Assembly (NCBI RefSeq): GCF_009914755.1
Contig: NC_060935.1
Origin: the human T2T-CHM13v2.0 reference genome, Homo sapiens
DNA: 64,000 nt
Strand: one strand, 5' to 3'
Within the stretch, counting starts at the first letter, position 1; every line of letters starts with the position of its first letter. Under the pieces are notes generated by a model. That model saw only the letters and a list, made by a program, of their open reading frames with translations, ran no database searches and had not been told where the DNA came from. Shown piece after piece: positions 1-12,644 of the stretch. The translations under genes and the position numbers were made by a program.

Positions 1-1410
1 GAGGTCTTCTGTGAATTATGAGCCTTCTAACCCTTCAGAAAAAGGAAGTAAAAAAATTAGTTTGTCACCGATCAAAATGAGTCTGTTCTGAAAGTAACAA
101 TGATGATCTTATGTTGATTTCTGTGAAAAGTCCTAATTTGACAACTCCGGTTACATCAAATCCAACAGATAATCGGAAAAATTACATCAGGAAATTCCAG
201 CAATTCTCCCAATGCTGAAGTTATGGCTGTACAGAGGAAACTTGATTCTACAATTGATTTGACAAAAGAAGGCCTATCCAACTGCAATACAGAAAGTCCA
301 GTATCCACCCTGGAGTACCTTTGAAAACTGTTTTAAACTCAGAAGAAAGAGCCTCATTGGCACAAAATGCAGCCCAGGTTCCTGAGTCCTTTGAGCACCT
401 GCCACCACTCTCAGAACCACCACCACTAATACCCGAATTAGTAGATAAAATCTGAGACACACTTCCTCACCACAAGCCTGAGCTCAAAGTGAAATGGGTT
501 TTGAGACCCAGGGGCATTGCCCTGACTGGCAATATAACCAAAATCAATCCCAGTGCACTCCTGTAGAAAGCTACCACCTCTTCCTGTGTTATGAGAACCC
601 TAATAATAAGTTGATTTGGAAGAAGACTGGAGAAATTAAAGCTTTATCACTCCCAAAGGCCTGACCTTTATCTCAGTTTTTAGTTTCCAACAAATATTAT
701 TTTTCTGTCCAATCAAAAGATATTTTTGGATGCTATGGACCATTCTGTGATATCAAATCTGTCCCTGGGTTTTCTGAAAATCTTACCTAAAAGAGAGGTC
801 TTCAATAATTATGTATTGTACTACATTTTTTCCATATTTGAGTTGTTTGTTTACAATATCACTGTAATACTATTTGCCATTATAAAAGGTCAGCTCAGAT
901 TGTAAGCCCTTTCTATAGAAACAGTCTACTTCTATATGTTGTTAGTGGCCAGTAATTTGATGAATTTCTGATATGTATTAAATATATCCTTCCAATGGGT
1001 AAGTTCTAAAACATACGCTCTCATGGACCCATGTTGCTGAGGTGTGTTGTGAACAATACCTTTGGTGATTGTGGAACTGCTGCTTCCATCAGAAGACCTG
1101 GGATACAAGCAGCCACTGTTTCCTCCATTGACAATCAGCTTTTAGTGACCTGCTGCGGTCAGCATAGCTACAGGAAAAATCAGGTTTTTTTTTGTTTGTT
1201 TGTTCTGTTTTTTTGAGACGGAGTCTTGTTCAGTCGCCTAGGCTGGAGTGCAGTGGTGCGATCTTGGCTCACTGCAAAATTAGCTCTTGACTGAGGCCAA
1301 ATCATCCCTGGGGTGCACCTCCACCAAGATTTTATGAGAAGATGACATTTTGGGCTGCATAACAAAAATAAATTATAAAAATTAAAAGATTTCATGAAAA
1401 AAGAAGAAAA
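1..1410 (+). pseudogene. ATF7IP2: Processed pseudogene of ATF7IP2 (MCAF2): 3' CDS including the C-terminal fibronectin-III domain (stop TAA 788-790) plus putative 3' UTR; 5' part lies outside the window
   Basis: Manual translation gives ...QVPESFEHLPPLSEPPPLIPELVDKI*DTLPHHKPELKVK...GIALT.NITKINP/..PVESYHLFLCYENPNNKLIWKKTGEIKAL.LP...SQFLVSNKYYFSVQSKDIFGCYGPFCDIKSVPGFSENLT*, matching the ATF7IP2 C-terminus as recalled. No introns. In-frame stops and a frameshift near 550. AATAAA at 1367-1372 and an A-rich tail at about 1397-1410. The extent of the UTR is inferred. Confidence 0.88.
1185..1277 (-). mobile_element. 5'-truncated Alu (3' end of right arm plus tail)
   Basis: T-rich tail followed by gagacggagtcttgttcagtcgcctaggctggagtgcagtggtgcgatcttggctcactgcaa. 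Confidence 0.9.
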
Positions 1411-2049
1411 GGGAGAAGACACCTATATATCCAATGTAAGGGATGAAAAGTCAACTTTGCTAGAGATTCTGCTAATACTAAAAATAATAAGATGATACTA
1501 ATGGCATATTATTAATAACACAAACTAGATTTAGATTAGATGAATAATATCCTAGAGAAATGCAACTTAGAAACCTGAAGATCTTCATAACTTTGGGGTA
1601 TGAAAAGATTTTTTTTAGGCAGGATATTAAAAAAGTGCTAACTATGATGGAAAATAGATGTTTACCACCTTGAAACCAAGAATCTCTCTGTTCTTCAAAT
1701 GACTTGATGAAAAGTAAGCCAACAATGGGAGAAAAGATTTGCTACACATATAGTCAACAAAGAGCTCATACTCAGAAAACAAAAAGAACTTCTAAAAATC
1801 AATAAGGAAAAGTCAAACAGCCAAATAGAAAACATTGGCAGACAACTTGAATAAGCACTTCACAAATGAAGAGATCTAAATGACCAGTGAACACATGGAA
1901 AGGTGTTGGGCCCATTACTAATTGGGGAACGTAAATTAAAACCATGAGTTACCAATGTACTCACCAGAATGGATAAGCTACAGAAGTCTGGTAATACCAA
2001 GTCCTGTGTAGCTCTGGAGTAGAGGTGCAACAGTTGGCACTCTTCTCAC

Positions 2050-2559
2050 TGAAGGAAACCAGAATGCATCATTCCAAAATCTACCTCTTTGAAATAAATA
2101 TTTTTGAACTGAAGGCAATTAAGAAGTAGCAAAGGGAGGAAGAGCTCTTTCTATTCTCTCCTCTGCCCCTACTGCCTAAAGACATGATATAAATTATCCT
2201 TTACTGGAGACGACTGCTATTAGCTCAGAGATGGCACCAGAGGAATCTACAAATAACCCTTACTCCATTACTTTGTTCCCATATTCTACTCATAGCTACC
2301 TCTGGAAGCTTAAAACTTCTTTGCTCTGTCTTGTCACTTCTCTAAAATTTATTATTCTTTGTTGAAGATGTTAAATAAGCCAGAGTTTCAAGTCACTGCT
2401 TTGAGGTACCTTTCACTGAAGTTTCTCTTATGTGATGCACGCTGTTTGCATTTATACACTTGTCTGTTTTTTCTCTTGTTAATCTGTCTTTAGTAACAGG
2501 AGTCTGTCTCAACAATACATTTATAAGGGCTGAGGAAAAATTATGTTGTTTCCTTGGCA
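2050..2559 (+). mobile_element. ERV1 solo LTR, MER34/MER39-like
   Basis: Starts tgaaggaaaccagaatgcatcattccaaaat...ttttgaactgaaggcaattaagaag and ends ca; possible 4-bp TSD tcac/tcat. Confidence 0.65.
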
Positions 2560-3053
2560 TCATGCATTGCTGGTGGATAAGCAAGTTCACACGATTTATA
2601 TGGAAAGGAGTTGTCAGAATCTTCTGAAGTTGAACATATACATACTCTATGATCCCAAATTTCTTGGAATTTCCAAAACTTCTTAGATTTATACCCACGG
2701 AAATTCATGTACACATGTACTATGAGATTTGTATAAAAATATTCATAGCTGCGTATTGACCATGGCTCCAAACTGGAAGCAATGTGCGTGTGCATCACTT
2801 GTAAAGTGGAATAATCTAGAGCCATATGCTAGTTATGTCTGGTGAAAAAGCCAGATTCAAAAAAGTAAATACTGTATGACTTGATTTATATTAAGTGCAA
2901 AAACTAGGCAAAAAGCTAGTGCTTAGCAATGTATGTTTAGGAAGTAAAGCTATAAGGAAAAGTATGGAAGTAATTGCCATAAAAATCAGGATAATGTTGC
3001 CCTTGTTAAGGAGAAAACATGAGGTGGCTTCTGGGTGTTGATCATCATCTAAA

Positions 3054-3642
3054 TCAGGAGTTGGCAAATTATAGTCTGGTACCTATTTTTGTAAATAAAG
3101 TTTTATTGGAACAATGCAAGCACATTTGTTTAATATTGTCTATGGCTGCCTTCACAATGCAACAGCAGATACAGATGCTGTGACCTGAGTGTTTGTGCCT
3201 TTCCTACCAAATTCATATGTTGAAACCTAATCACCAATGTGATGATATTAGGAGGCCTTTGGGAAGTGATGAGATCATGAGGGTTGAGCTCTCATAAATG
3301 GAATTAGTATCCTTATAAAAGGGGCCCCAGAAAGCTAGGCTAGCTTGCCCCTTCTACCATGTGAGGACACAGTGAGAGGGAACCTTATAGGCCAGAAACC
3401 AGGAAACAGGCCCTTACCAGACATGGAATCTGAGTCAGCTGGCACTTTGATCTTGGACTTCCCAGCCTCCAGAACTGTAAGAAGTATAGTTTTATTGTTT
3501 ATAGGCCACACAGTTTATGGTATTTTGTTACAGCTGCCTGAATAGACTAACATAGCAGAGTTAGGTAGTTGCTGAAGGGACCAAATAGCTAAGTAAAATA
3601 TTTACTCTTCTGTTCTCTAGAGAAAAAGTTTGCTGACCCCTG
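3054..3642. mobile_element. MER58A-like hAT-Charlie element, split by an MLT1A LTR
   Basis: caggagttggcaaa...gtaaataaagttttattggaaca (3054-3170) resumes after 3553 and ends aaaaagtttgctgacccctg. Confidence 0.75.
3176..3552 (+). mobile_element. MaLR LTR, MLT1A-like
   Basis: caaattcatatgttgaaacctaatcaccaatgtgatg...gatcttggacttcccagcctccagaactgtaaga...gactaaca. Confidence 0.85.
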
Positions 3643-4984
3643 ACCTAGACTTCCACCTGGATATTGATCTCACAGGTGCTTCTTTGTGACAAATCACTGC
3701 CCTCTACATTATATTTCTGCTGTACATTTTTCTTTATCTATCTTTCTGTATATATGCTATATTTCACAATAAGATGATATTTAAGCTCTATATTTGAGTT
3801 TCAGCAGAGAACAACAGAACTGGGTGGAGATGTGGGCACTGGGAGGTGGGTGATTCACCTTCTTAGAACCTCCTTACATACAATTTGCACTTACTGGTCA
3901 GCCAGTGTATACTTCACAGGTTTCCAGAGTTGTTCAAGAACAGTCAAAACATGAATGTCCCTTTTTTTTTACAAACGAAGAAACTGAGGCTCAGAGAGAT
4001 TTAACTGTCTTGCAGAGTTCTCAGAACTTGGGTGAGGAGATGGGATTTGAACACATTCTGTCCAACTATGAAGTTCATTACACCATGAGGTTGCCTCCTA
4101 GCTATTGTTAGAAACAAAACAAATAAGAAGGAAAAACTCAGCCTGATCCTCAGGCATTTTAAGGGCCTGTAGCCAGCTCCTAAATTTAGCCAGTATTTTT
4201 TTTTTCCAGAATACATTAAAAAAATGCTTAACTGGATCATGTTTTTAGTCTCCTTAATAAATTCCTTTACCAAAAGGCTTGCAGAATGGGAACTATGCCC
4301 TGGAAACTTCTAGCCCTAGTAACCTGACTGTGGTTGCACAGGAGGACCAACCTTCAAACCCAAGTCTGTTTCCAAAGCTTGCAGAGGCCTACAGGTGACT
4401 GATAGCTTCAATCACACCCCACTCCAAGCCTCTCTGCAAGCCTTGAAAATGAAAGGGTGGGATTGGCCCAACCAATCATTCCCGACAGAGCTTTGTACTC
4501 TGCTTTCTTTGCAGTACTCTCAGAGCCACAAAGGAAACAATCACCTTTCCCAGGAACAGTACAGGCTGAGATGCCTTCTCAGGATTTTCTCTGCTTCAGC
4601 AAAGCCCTTATTGCCTCCTGCTCCACAGTTCACCAAGTGTAAATTATGGGGAAGATTAACCTGCCTATTATTACAATTGTTCACTCAACTCTTAACACCA
4701 AGAGCCATTACAGGGAAATTAGACTTCGGGGAATGCTATTTACAGCTGCTGGCCTGGCACCCAGGGCACTGCTACTAAATTCATTTATATGTTTTTCCCA
4801 TGGAAATTCTCCGTGGATTTAGGTTACTCTTTCAATTTCCTAATCCTTAAGTGACCTTACATTGTCCAGCTCATCATAACCCCTTCCAGTGACATGTTCT
4901 TTCCCATCATACTTGAGATTATTTCTCTAACAGGCAGAGTTATGACCCACTCTTGCTAACCCTCAACATACAGGGAACTGTGGG

Positions 4985-5190
4985 CTAATGTGCTTATATT
5001 GGCATCAGAAAAACCTAGGTTCAAATTCCAGCCCTGGGAAAGAGGAGGCAAAATAACCATAGACAAGTTATTTAATCTCTCAAAACTTCAGGTTCTGCAT
5101 ACATGAAATGCACAGTTGTTAAGATTCAATGAAATAATACATACAAAACATGGAACATGATGTCGGGTTCATAGGAAGTGATGGTGGCCA
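4985..5190. mobile_element. MIR (representative; further MIR remnants near 3965-4070, 8720-8890, 9230-9400, 14570-14650, 16270-16470, 16750-16950, 18150-18280, 40230-40350)
   Basis: MIR core motifs: aacctaggttcaaattccagc...caagttatttaatctctc...tgttaagattcaatgaaataatac. Confidence 0.65.
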
Positions 5191-6346
5191 ACATGATAGT
5201 TGTTTAATTCCAGGTATCTATTATTGTTGTTGTTTAATGAAATCCTGACTTTATTTATAGACTGAGCAGACTGGGAGGGACAAGGAGCAATGGGAAGGGT
5301 TTATGGAGCCTGATGGAAATGGGACTTGCCAGGATGGACTGAGAAAATTCAGTGAATAATGGCTTGGGAGTAGGAAATCTGCCCTTCCCACCCACTCCCA
5401 CCCATCGCCCACATTCCCTGGCCTGGGACTTCTGCTGCTCTACCTACCAGACCTCATGTGGTCCTGTAGCCCAGGGCTGGGCATGGTCCCTTGACTCTTT
5501 GTAAACTCCTGGCTGTAATTCTGTGTTCTTTCTGGCACTGGCTTCATAGCAGCAGAATTTTAACAGACGTCAAACGTCTGGTTGTGTTTGGCTTCGGTTT
5601 TCAGTTAGAATATAGGAAGTCATCCTTTCCTCACCACTCCAGACCTTGCATATTTCTGAAGACACATTGTTTCTCTTCTTCCCTAGTGGCAGGGATGGGC
5701 CTCTGCCCTGCTGTAGTTTTGGTATTTAACATTTTCAGGGCCACTTACTGTAGATGTCACTGGACTTTCAGTCCTGTTTTCTCACTTGTGTCTGTGAAAA
5801 TGACTCTGAGGTTTGCTGGGAGCTAGGATCACCCCTACTTTACTAGTGAGGGAATGGGTAGTCTAAGACCAAGTTATATCTGGGTCTAGATGCCACATCT
5901 CTTGGGTCTGTGCCAGCACGCTGTACTCTAAAAGCCATCATTGTCTCCTTCCTAGAGGTGAGGCTTGCAGTTGCAGATGGGTATCAACTCATGGGAAGCT
6001 ACTCCCTTCAAAGACCTGGATGACTTTATTCTGGATGTTTCTGGCAAGGCCCCAGGTCCAAAGAATCAAGAGGGCCCTGATGGACCCTCTGCACTTACAG
6101 ACTTAGTTCCTGAACCTACATGTCTCACCACCTTGTCCCTTCCTGTCTGTTCCAACCTGCCTGGCATCAGCCCTCACCTGTTCCCCTCATTCCCTCCTCT
6201 GCCTGTTCTTTCCCTTGGCTGTAGTCAATAGCTCCTTCAACCTTCCAACTTTTGGCTTCGTATCCTGGCCACTGACACCCATGGTGTCTTTGCCTTTGAC
6301 CTGGCCCCAGCATGCCTGTGTGCTGCCCTCTTAGGAAACTTTCATC

Positions 6347-6680
<334 letters not shown>

Positions 6681-7232
6681 TGATGGCAGCTTAGGAAGTC
6701 CTTGTAGGCTCCGAATGCTCCATAATATAATCCCAGAAGCACATTCTGATCTGGTGCTTGTGTATCTGATACCATTCAGGTCCCATATGCACACCTGAGG
6801 CAGGCTGGACATGTAGAACAGTTGAATAACTGGGCAAAATTTCTAGTGATCTCTGTTCCTCCCCTTCAGAAGGAAGATGATATTCCACACTGCTGGGATA
6901 ACGCCTCGTCATCCCCTGAAGTGGCCTGGGCCGCCCTGCTCAGCCTGTCCCTGGCACAGGCTGCCCCTCACCTGGCAGGAGTCTATGGGCCTTACAGCCA
7001 GGGCCTGCATTTTTATATCATCCTAAGCCAGCACTATCTCTGCCACCACTCACCTTGGCTCAGTCTGCTCAAAGTCTCTCCTGCTTTCACATATCAGTCT
7101 GCTCGCTGTGAGCTTGCCCCTGGTTTCGGATCCTAGCTTACCTGCATTCCTGAACTTGATCCCACCAGTTCAGTTCCTTGCTTACTGTAGGTCTATTCTC
7201 TCTTTAGCTGTGGCACGGTGGAATTGACCACC

Positions 7233-7646
7233 TGTGCTGGTTAATTTTATGTGTCAATTTCGCTGGACCTTGGTGTCCAGCTAATTGGTCAAACATTATT
7301 CTGAATGTTTCTATGAGCGTGTTTTTTTTGGATGAGATGAACATTTAAATCCATGGACTCTGAGTAAAGCAGATTGCCCTTCATTATGTGGGTGGGTTTC
7401 ATCTAGCCCACTGAAGCCTTTAATAGAACAAAGATCGACTTCTGCCAGCAGAGGGATTGTGCCAGCCGACAGCTTTGGACTTGACCTGCAACATGGGCTC
7501 TTCCCTGGGTCTCCAGCCTGCCAGCCCACCCTGCAGATCATGGATTTGCGTGACTCCATAATTGTGTAGGCAGTTCCCTTCACTATCTCTCTGTATAGAT
7601 ACACATCCTATGGGTTCTGTTTCTCTGGAGAACACTGACTAATACA
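7233..7646 (+). mobile_element. ERVL LTR, MLT2C/D-like
   Basis: tgtgctggttaattttatgtgtcaa...ggactctgagtaaagcagattgccct...ggttctgtttctctggagaacactgactaataca. Confidence 0.85.
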
Positions 7647-7783
7647 GCTTCTAACACAGGGATGATTAACAGAATGGATTCCAGGGCCTTAAAAAAAAAA
7701 AGTATGAATTTTAATGATCAACTTAAAAGTTATATTTTTCACCTTTTTATTGTAGTAAAATATACATAACGTAAAACTTACTA

Positions 7784-8096
7784 TTTTTTTCCTTTTGCCA
7801 TTCATTTTATGCAATTTATTAAAAGAATCATTCATTCAAAAATTATTTATTAACTGTCCTGCTATGTGCAAGGAATCTATAAGAGGTGCCAGGGTTAGAA
7901 AAACAAAATAAACACAAAAACAAACATATGGTCTATGACCTCAAAGACGCACCATGTGTAGTCAAGGAAGACAAATAACATATGTAACAAACCTGCATGT
8001 TGTGCACATGTACCCTAAAACTTAAAGTATAATAATAATAAAATAAAAAAAAGAAGATGAATAATTCAATAGAAACTAAACGGAATGATGCACATG
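7784..8096 (-). other. TSD-flanked polyadenylated retro-insertion of L2-derived sequence (orphan transduction-like)
   Basis: TSD aaaacttacta at 7773-7783 and 8097-8107; T7 at 7784-7790; tttatt (AATAAA on - strand) at 7815-7820; L2 3'-end-like body. Confidence 0.65.
7979..8052 (+). mobile_element. About 75-bp extreme 3' end of an L1PA
   Basis: catatgtaacaaacctgcatgttgtgcacatgtaccctaaaacttaaagtataataa plus A tail; TSD gaagacaaataa (7967-7978) / gaagatgaataa (8053-8064). Confidence 0.9.
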
Positions 8097-8097
8097 A

Positions 8098-8404
<307 letters not shown>

Positions 8405-10004
8405 TATTTTTAACCATTTTTAGGTGTATAGTTCAATGGCACTAATTTAAGGACATTCACATTGTTCTGCAATCCACCTCCACACTCATGTCATCTTTGC
8501 AAACTGAACTCTGAACCTATTAAACAATAACTCCCCGTTTCTTTCTCCCCTCCAACTCCTAGCCTTTCTACTCTCTGTCTGTATGAATTTAACTACACTA
8601 GGTCCCTCATATAAGTGGAATCACACGGTATTTTTCCTTTTGTTACTGGCTTTTTCCCCTGTGCAAAATGTCTTTAAGATTTATCCACGCTCTAGCACGT
8701 GTCAGAACAGAACAACTATTAAGCTGGGTTCCTCGAGCAATTTTCTAAACTGCTTGAGTCATCTCATCTGTAAAATGGGAATTGTAAGAGTATCAGCCTT
8801 ATGGGGTTCAATGAGTTAGTATGTAGAAAGTACTTGAGCAGTAGCTGGCTCATAGTGAGTGCTCAATAAATGCAGCCTGCCATTATTAGGTTCCTCTCTG
8901 ATCTGGTGCCAAGGGTCCTTTTTCAAGATCTGCTGCCCTGCTCAGAATGGTGCTCTCTGGCCATCCCACATCTCGCACCTGGCACATGGTTTTCTCAATG
9001 AATATTTGTGACATGAATGTACACATGGAACTTATTCTCTCCCGGGCTGTGACCCTGGAGGGTCAGATGAGGGACAAAATCTCTAAGCTGTGACAGGGAG
9101 TAAAATAGAGCTCTCTTAAGTACCACAGTCACTTAAACTTCAACAGTTTTCAATATGGTACCTAAACCCCAGTAGCAGTAAGCTAACAATTTCACGTCAG
9201 GATGAAATAGGAAGCAACATTGGTCTACAACTTGGAGTTGATGGCCAAGTACAGAGTTTAAGACCTTTGCTACTTGTTGGGAGTACATCCTTGAAGTACT
9301 TATCTCCCCTGAAAAACCTTAGTTTCCTCATCTGTCAATGTGGATTACAAGCTCTACTTCCCAGGGCTGCCATGAGAACTTCGCATGAGATTCTGATGGA
9401 ACTCACTTTGTACATGATGCTGCGCCACAAGGGCCACCCTCTTCCTCAAGTCCCCGCCTTGCTCGGGTGGATCTCAGCTACCAGGGAGCAGCACACCATT
9501 TGCAGTTTGGATTCCATTTCCTCTTGACTCTTCTTTTCATTATAAACATGATAAAAGTGAGAGAGACAGATGGCAAGACTTGATTCACTTTTACAAAATG
9601 TTTTTATGGTGTGAATGTAAAGCTGAAAATGAGGGGAACGAGAAGCTTTCTCGTTCCCCTCAATATCAGGGGAGTTGGGGAGGTGGTGAGCCCAGTGGGG
9701 AGGTTTTGGCCTCCAGGGGAAAGCTAATTGCCCATGGCTTGAGCAGTGCTCCCTGCCACTCGTCTACCACTCTGGACACCCTAGGACATCACTGTCAGTG
9801 AGGAGAGACAGAGAGCAGATAGACTTTCTCCTTAAAGCACCTTCCCGAAGGGACACTCAAAGTCAGACACTGGTCACTTACTGGCCGATGGCTCTGGGTT
9901 GGACCAAATGACGCTGCCCTTTCCAGCACAGTGAGGCAATGTTCTCTGGCTGAAGCCAGGGCAGCACAGAGTGTGCCTGAGTTCCTCTCAACATTTGATT
10001 AAGG

Positions 10005-10203
10005 CCAGGCTTTCCCAGCATGGCACAATCGACATCTTGAGCTGGATAGTTCTTTGTTGTGGGTGCTGTCCTTTGCATTTTTGTATGTTTAGCAGCATCC
10101 TTGGCCTCTACTCACTAGATACCAGTAGCACCCTCCCCATTCCAGTTGTGAAAAACAAATCCCCCCAGCGGCTGGCAAAACTGCCCCTTATTGAGAACTA
10201 CTG
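10005..10203. mobile_element. MER20 hAT-Charlie element
   Basis: gctggatagttctttgttgtggg...atgtttagcagcatccttggcctctactcactagataccagtagcac...ttgagaactactg. Confidence 0.8.
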
Positions 10204-10234
10204 GGGTGCCCCAGTAGTTGGCACTACTGATTGG

Positions 10235-10722
10235 GGTGCCCATTGTCTGCCCTTCTCGTGGGGCTGGACAAGCCAGATGGAATAGGCAGAGAGTTACCTG
10301 GCAGCCCTTTGCTGGGGATCTTTTGTCTACTCTCCACTCTGAATCAAGGAGCTCCACTGGCCTCTGACTTCTGGTTGGCTTTGGCCAGTGAGGAACACAG
10401 GGAAGAGATCCAAGGAAGGACAGAGGGCGAGGTCAAGGTATTTGTTCCCCCACTTCCTCCCTGCAGGTTTGAGGGTATGGCTGCCTCCCTTGCAAAAGGC
10501 CACCTCTCCGTTTTAGTGGCCTGCTCCAGGTTCTGGGACCCGCTTCTCTCTTAGCCGCATCAGGCCTGGGGGTGCTAACAGCTCCTTCTCTCCCACTGCT
10601 GCCAGCCCCAGGGTGCTGCATGCTTTGGTCAGTTACCTCCACCCTGTCTTCACCTTTCTGAATTTCTCTAATTACTACATTTGAATGTGCCGTCTGCTTG
10701 CTGTTGAAACATAACTGATTTT
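10235..10722 (+). mobile_element. ERVL LTR, LTR33-like
   Basis: ctctgacttctggttggctttggccagtgagg...aggtcaaggtatttgttccc...tcaggcctgggggtgctaacagc...atttgaatgtgccgtctg. Confidence 0.65.
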
Positions 10723-10744
10723 TACAAACAAATGTTTATTTTTC

Positions 10745-11000
10745 TTGCATTAGTTCATTTGACCATTCATTTCTTCAACACATTATTTTTCATATCTACC
10801 TATCCTGGGCCAGGCATGATGCCAGGTACTGGGGACACAGAAATGGATCAGACATCATTCCTGCCTGAAGGGAGCTTACAGTCTTCCTGCGGAATAAGAC
10901 AGGAGGATGGTGATAGTCCGAGACCTGGTGCTCACGTGCTCTATGAGATGTCTGGTAAAGCCCTGGGGAGGACACAGGAAGAGTATGGCCTAGGGAGCCT
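10745..11000 (-). mobile_element. L2 3' remnant (others near 26880-27560, 34530-35520, 46190-46490)
   Basis: cattcatttcttcaacacatt...ccaggcatgatgccaggtactggggacacagaaatg. Confidence 0.65.
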
Positions 11001-12404
11001 AGTGACCCAGGGGAGAAGGTACTGGATCTCCTGCAATGATGACACATCATCAGGTGGTTCTACGAGGACGTCTCCAGATCACAGCAGCGCCTCCTAGGCA
11101 GAGGCACAAAGTCTGCAGGCTCCTCTCTCCAGGCCCTGGGGACTCTCTCTGGGGAGGAGTAAGCTATGCACATTCAAGCCAAGAGCCTTCTTGCCAGGGC
11201 TCCAGAGCTCACTCACCCTGAGGCCCTCCCCTCTTTGGCTATTTGAAATTCCTGACTGATGCTGTGAAGAAAGAGAACATTCCAGCACAGAGAAGTCTTT
11301 CCCCGCAGCAGCTGCCAAACAGGCTCTTTGCCGAGGTACCTCCCTGCTGCCTGCCAGCCAGCCATATTTCAAAGGTCACAATTTCCTCCCTGTGGTTTTC
11401 TACAGAGCTAAAGTCTCCAGGACCCTGAAATAAATTAAAATATTGATTGATTCTTAATATTCTCTCAAATCTCTCAAAATCTCCAGGTCTTATATAAATC
11501 AGTGTGCCGGTTCCAGGGACTTATTCAATAATCTGCAAAGTATCCTGGTAATTACTTTTGGGCTGACCCCATGGCAGAGGGAGGCCACCTTTCCATCATT
11601 TTTAGGGCCCTGGGTACAGTAGCTGATCAGAGGACTCTCATTTCTTATTTTACTTACTGAACCTCTTCAACACAGTGCCTTGGACAGCACGAGGCAGCCC
11701 ACCTGCTGGAACGAGTCTGTCGGGCAGACCTGGGTCAGGAACTTGCCTCTCTGCTGCCTCTTTGCTGCCCTGCCTCATTCTGCTTCTCCCCTTCACCCCT
11801 CCCACCTCATCCCCTGCCTTTTACTCCAGGGTCCTTAGCTTTTTAGTTCAAGGACAAGGCAAGGATAGTTCAGAAATTAATTTAATAACACTCCATTTCT
11901 TCAGATTAAGTAGAGAGCTTGTCTTATTGGGGAAAAGCTGTCTGAAAGCCTCAAGCACATGGGACTTTCTGATGCTGCCCAAGGCAGCTGCCTGGATTTC
12001 AGGAGCGAGGGTGGGATGGGAAGAAGGAGCGGGGAGATGGGCCATATGCCTCTCATAACAGCGCTCGTTTATGCTGCAGTAAGTAATAAAGTGACTTCAG
12101 CTCATTAGGGGCCAATGCAGTTCTCAAAGAAGGGAATGTGTTCCTAAGGAAGCTAGAGATGATGCCTTGTGTACGGTCCTCCCTATCTGACCCCAACCAC
12201 ACCTGAGCCTTGCATTCTGCTGCAGCATCCTCTAACATCCTCCTGTCCTGAACGCCAGACAGGTGTACGGCCAGCCACCCTGGAACACGTTTTGCTCTTT
12301 CACCATTCTTAGCCTTTGAATATAGTAGTCTCTCTATCTGGGATGCTTTGCTCCTCTTTCCCCCATCTGAAAAACTCCTGGTCATCCTTCAGAGCCTAGT
12401 TCAA

Positions 12405-12644
12405 GGCCAGGTGCGGTGGCTCACACCTGTAATCTTAGCGCTTTGGGAAGCTGAGGCAGGCAGATCATTTGAGGTCAGGAGTTCGAGACCAGCCTGACCA
12501 ACATGGTGAAAGCCGATCTCTACCAAAAATACAAAAAATTAGCCAGTGTGGTGGTACATGCCTGTAATCTCAGCTACTCGAGAGGCTGAGACAGGAGAGT
12601 CACTTGCAACTAGGAGGCAGAGGTTGCGGTTAAAAAAAAAACAA
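12405..12644 (+). mobile_element. AluS lacking the last ~55-60 bp of the right arm
   Basis: ggccaggtgcggtggctcac...gaggttgcggt followed directly by an A-tract; TSD cctagttcaa at 12395-12404 and 12645-12654. Confidence 0.93.

Larger units (their letters stand above)
1411..3775 (+). mobile_element. Old L1M (L1MC/ME-like) ORF2-to-3'UTR remnant, interrupted by an LTR and MER58
   Basis: A-rich decayed L1 motifs (aacttgaataagcacttcacaaatgaagagat; aaattcatgtacacatgtac; atatgctatatttcacaataa). Confidence 0.65.

Noticed and set aside
7979-8096. Twin-primed inverted L1 with 3' transduction
   Set aside because: The geometry fits, but the stub has its own TSD pair (CA/TG from CG), favouring a separate insertion. 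Not fully excluded.
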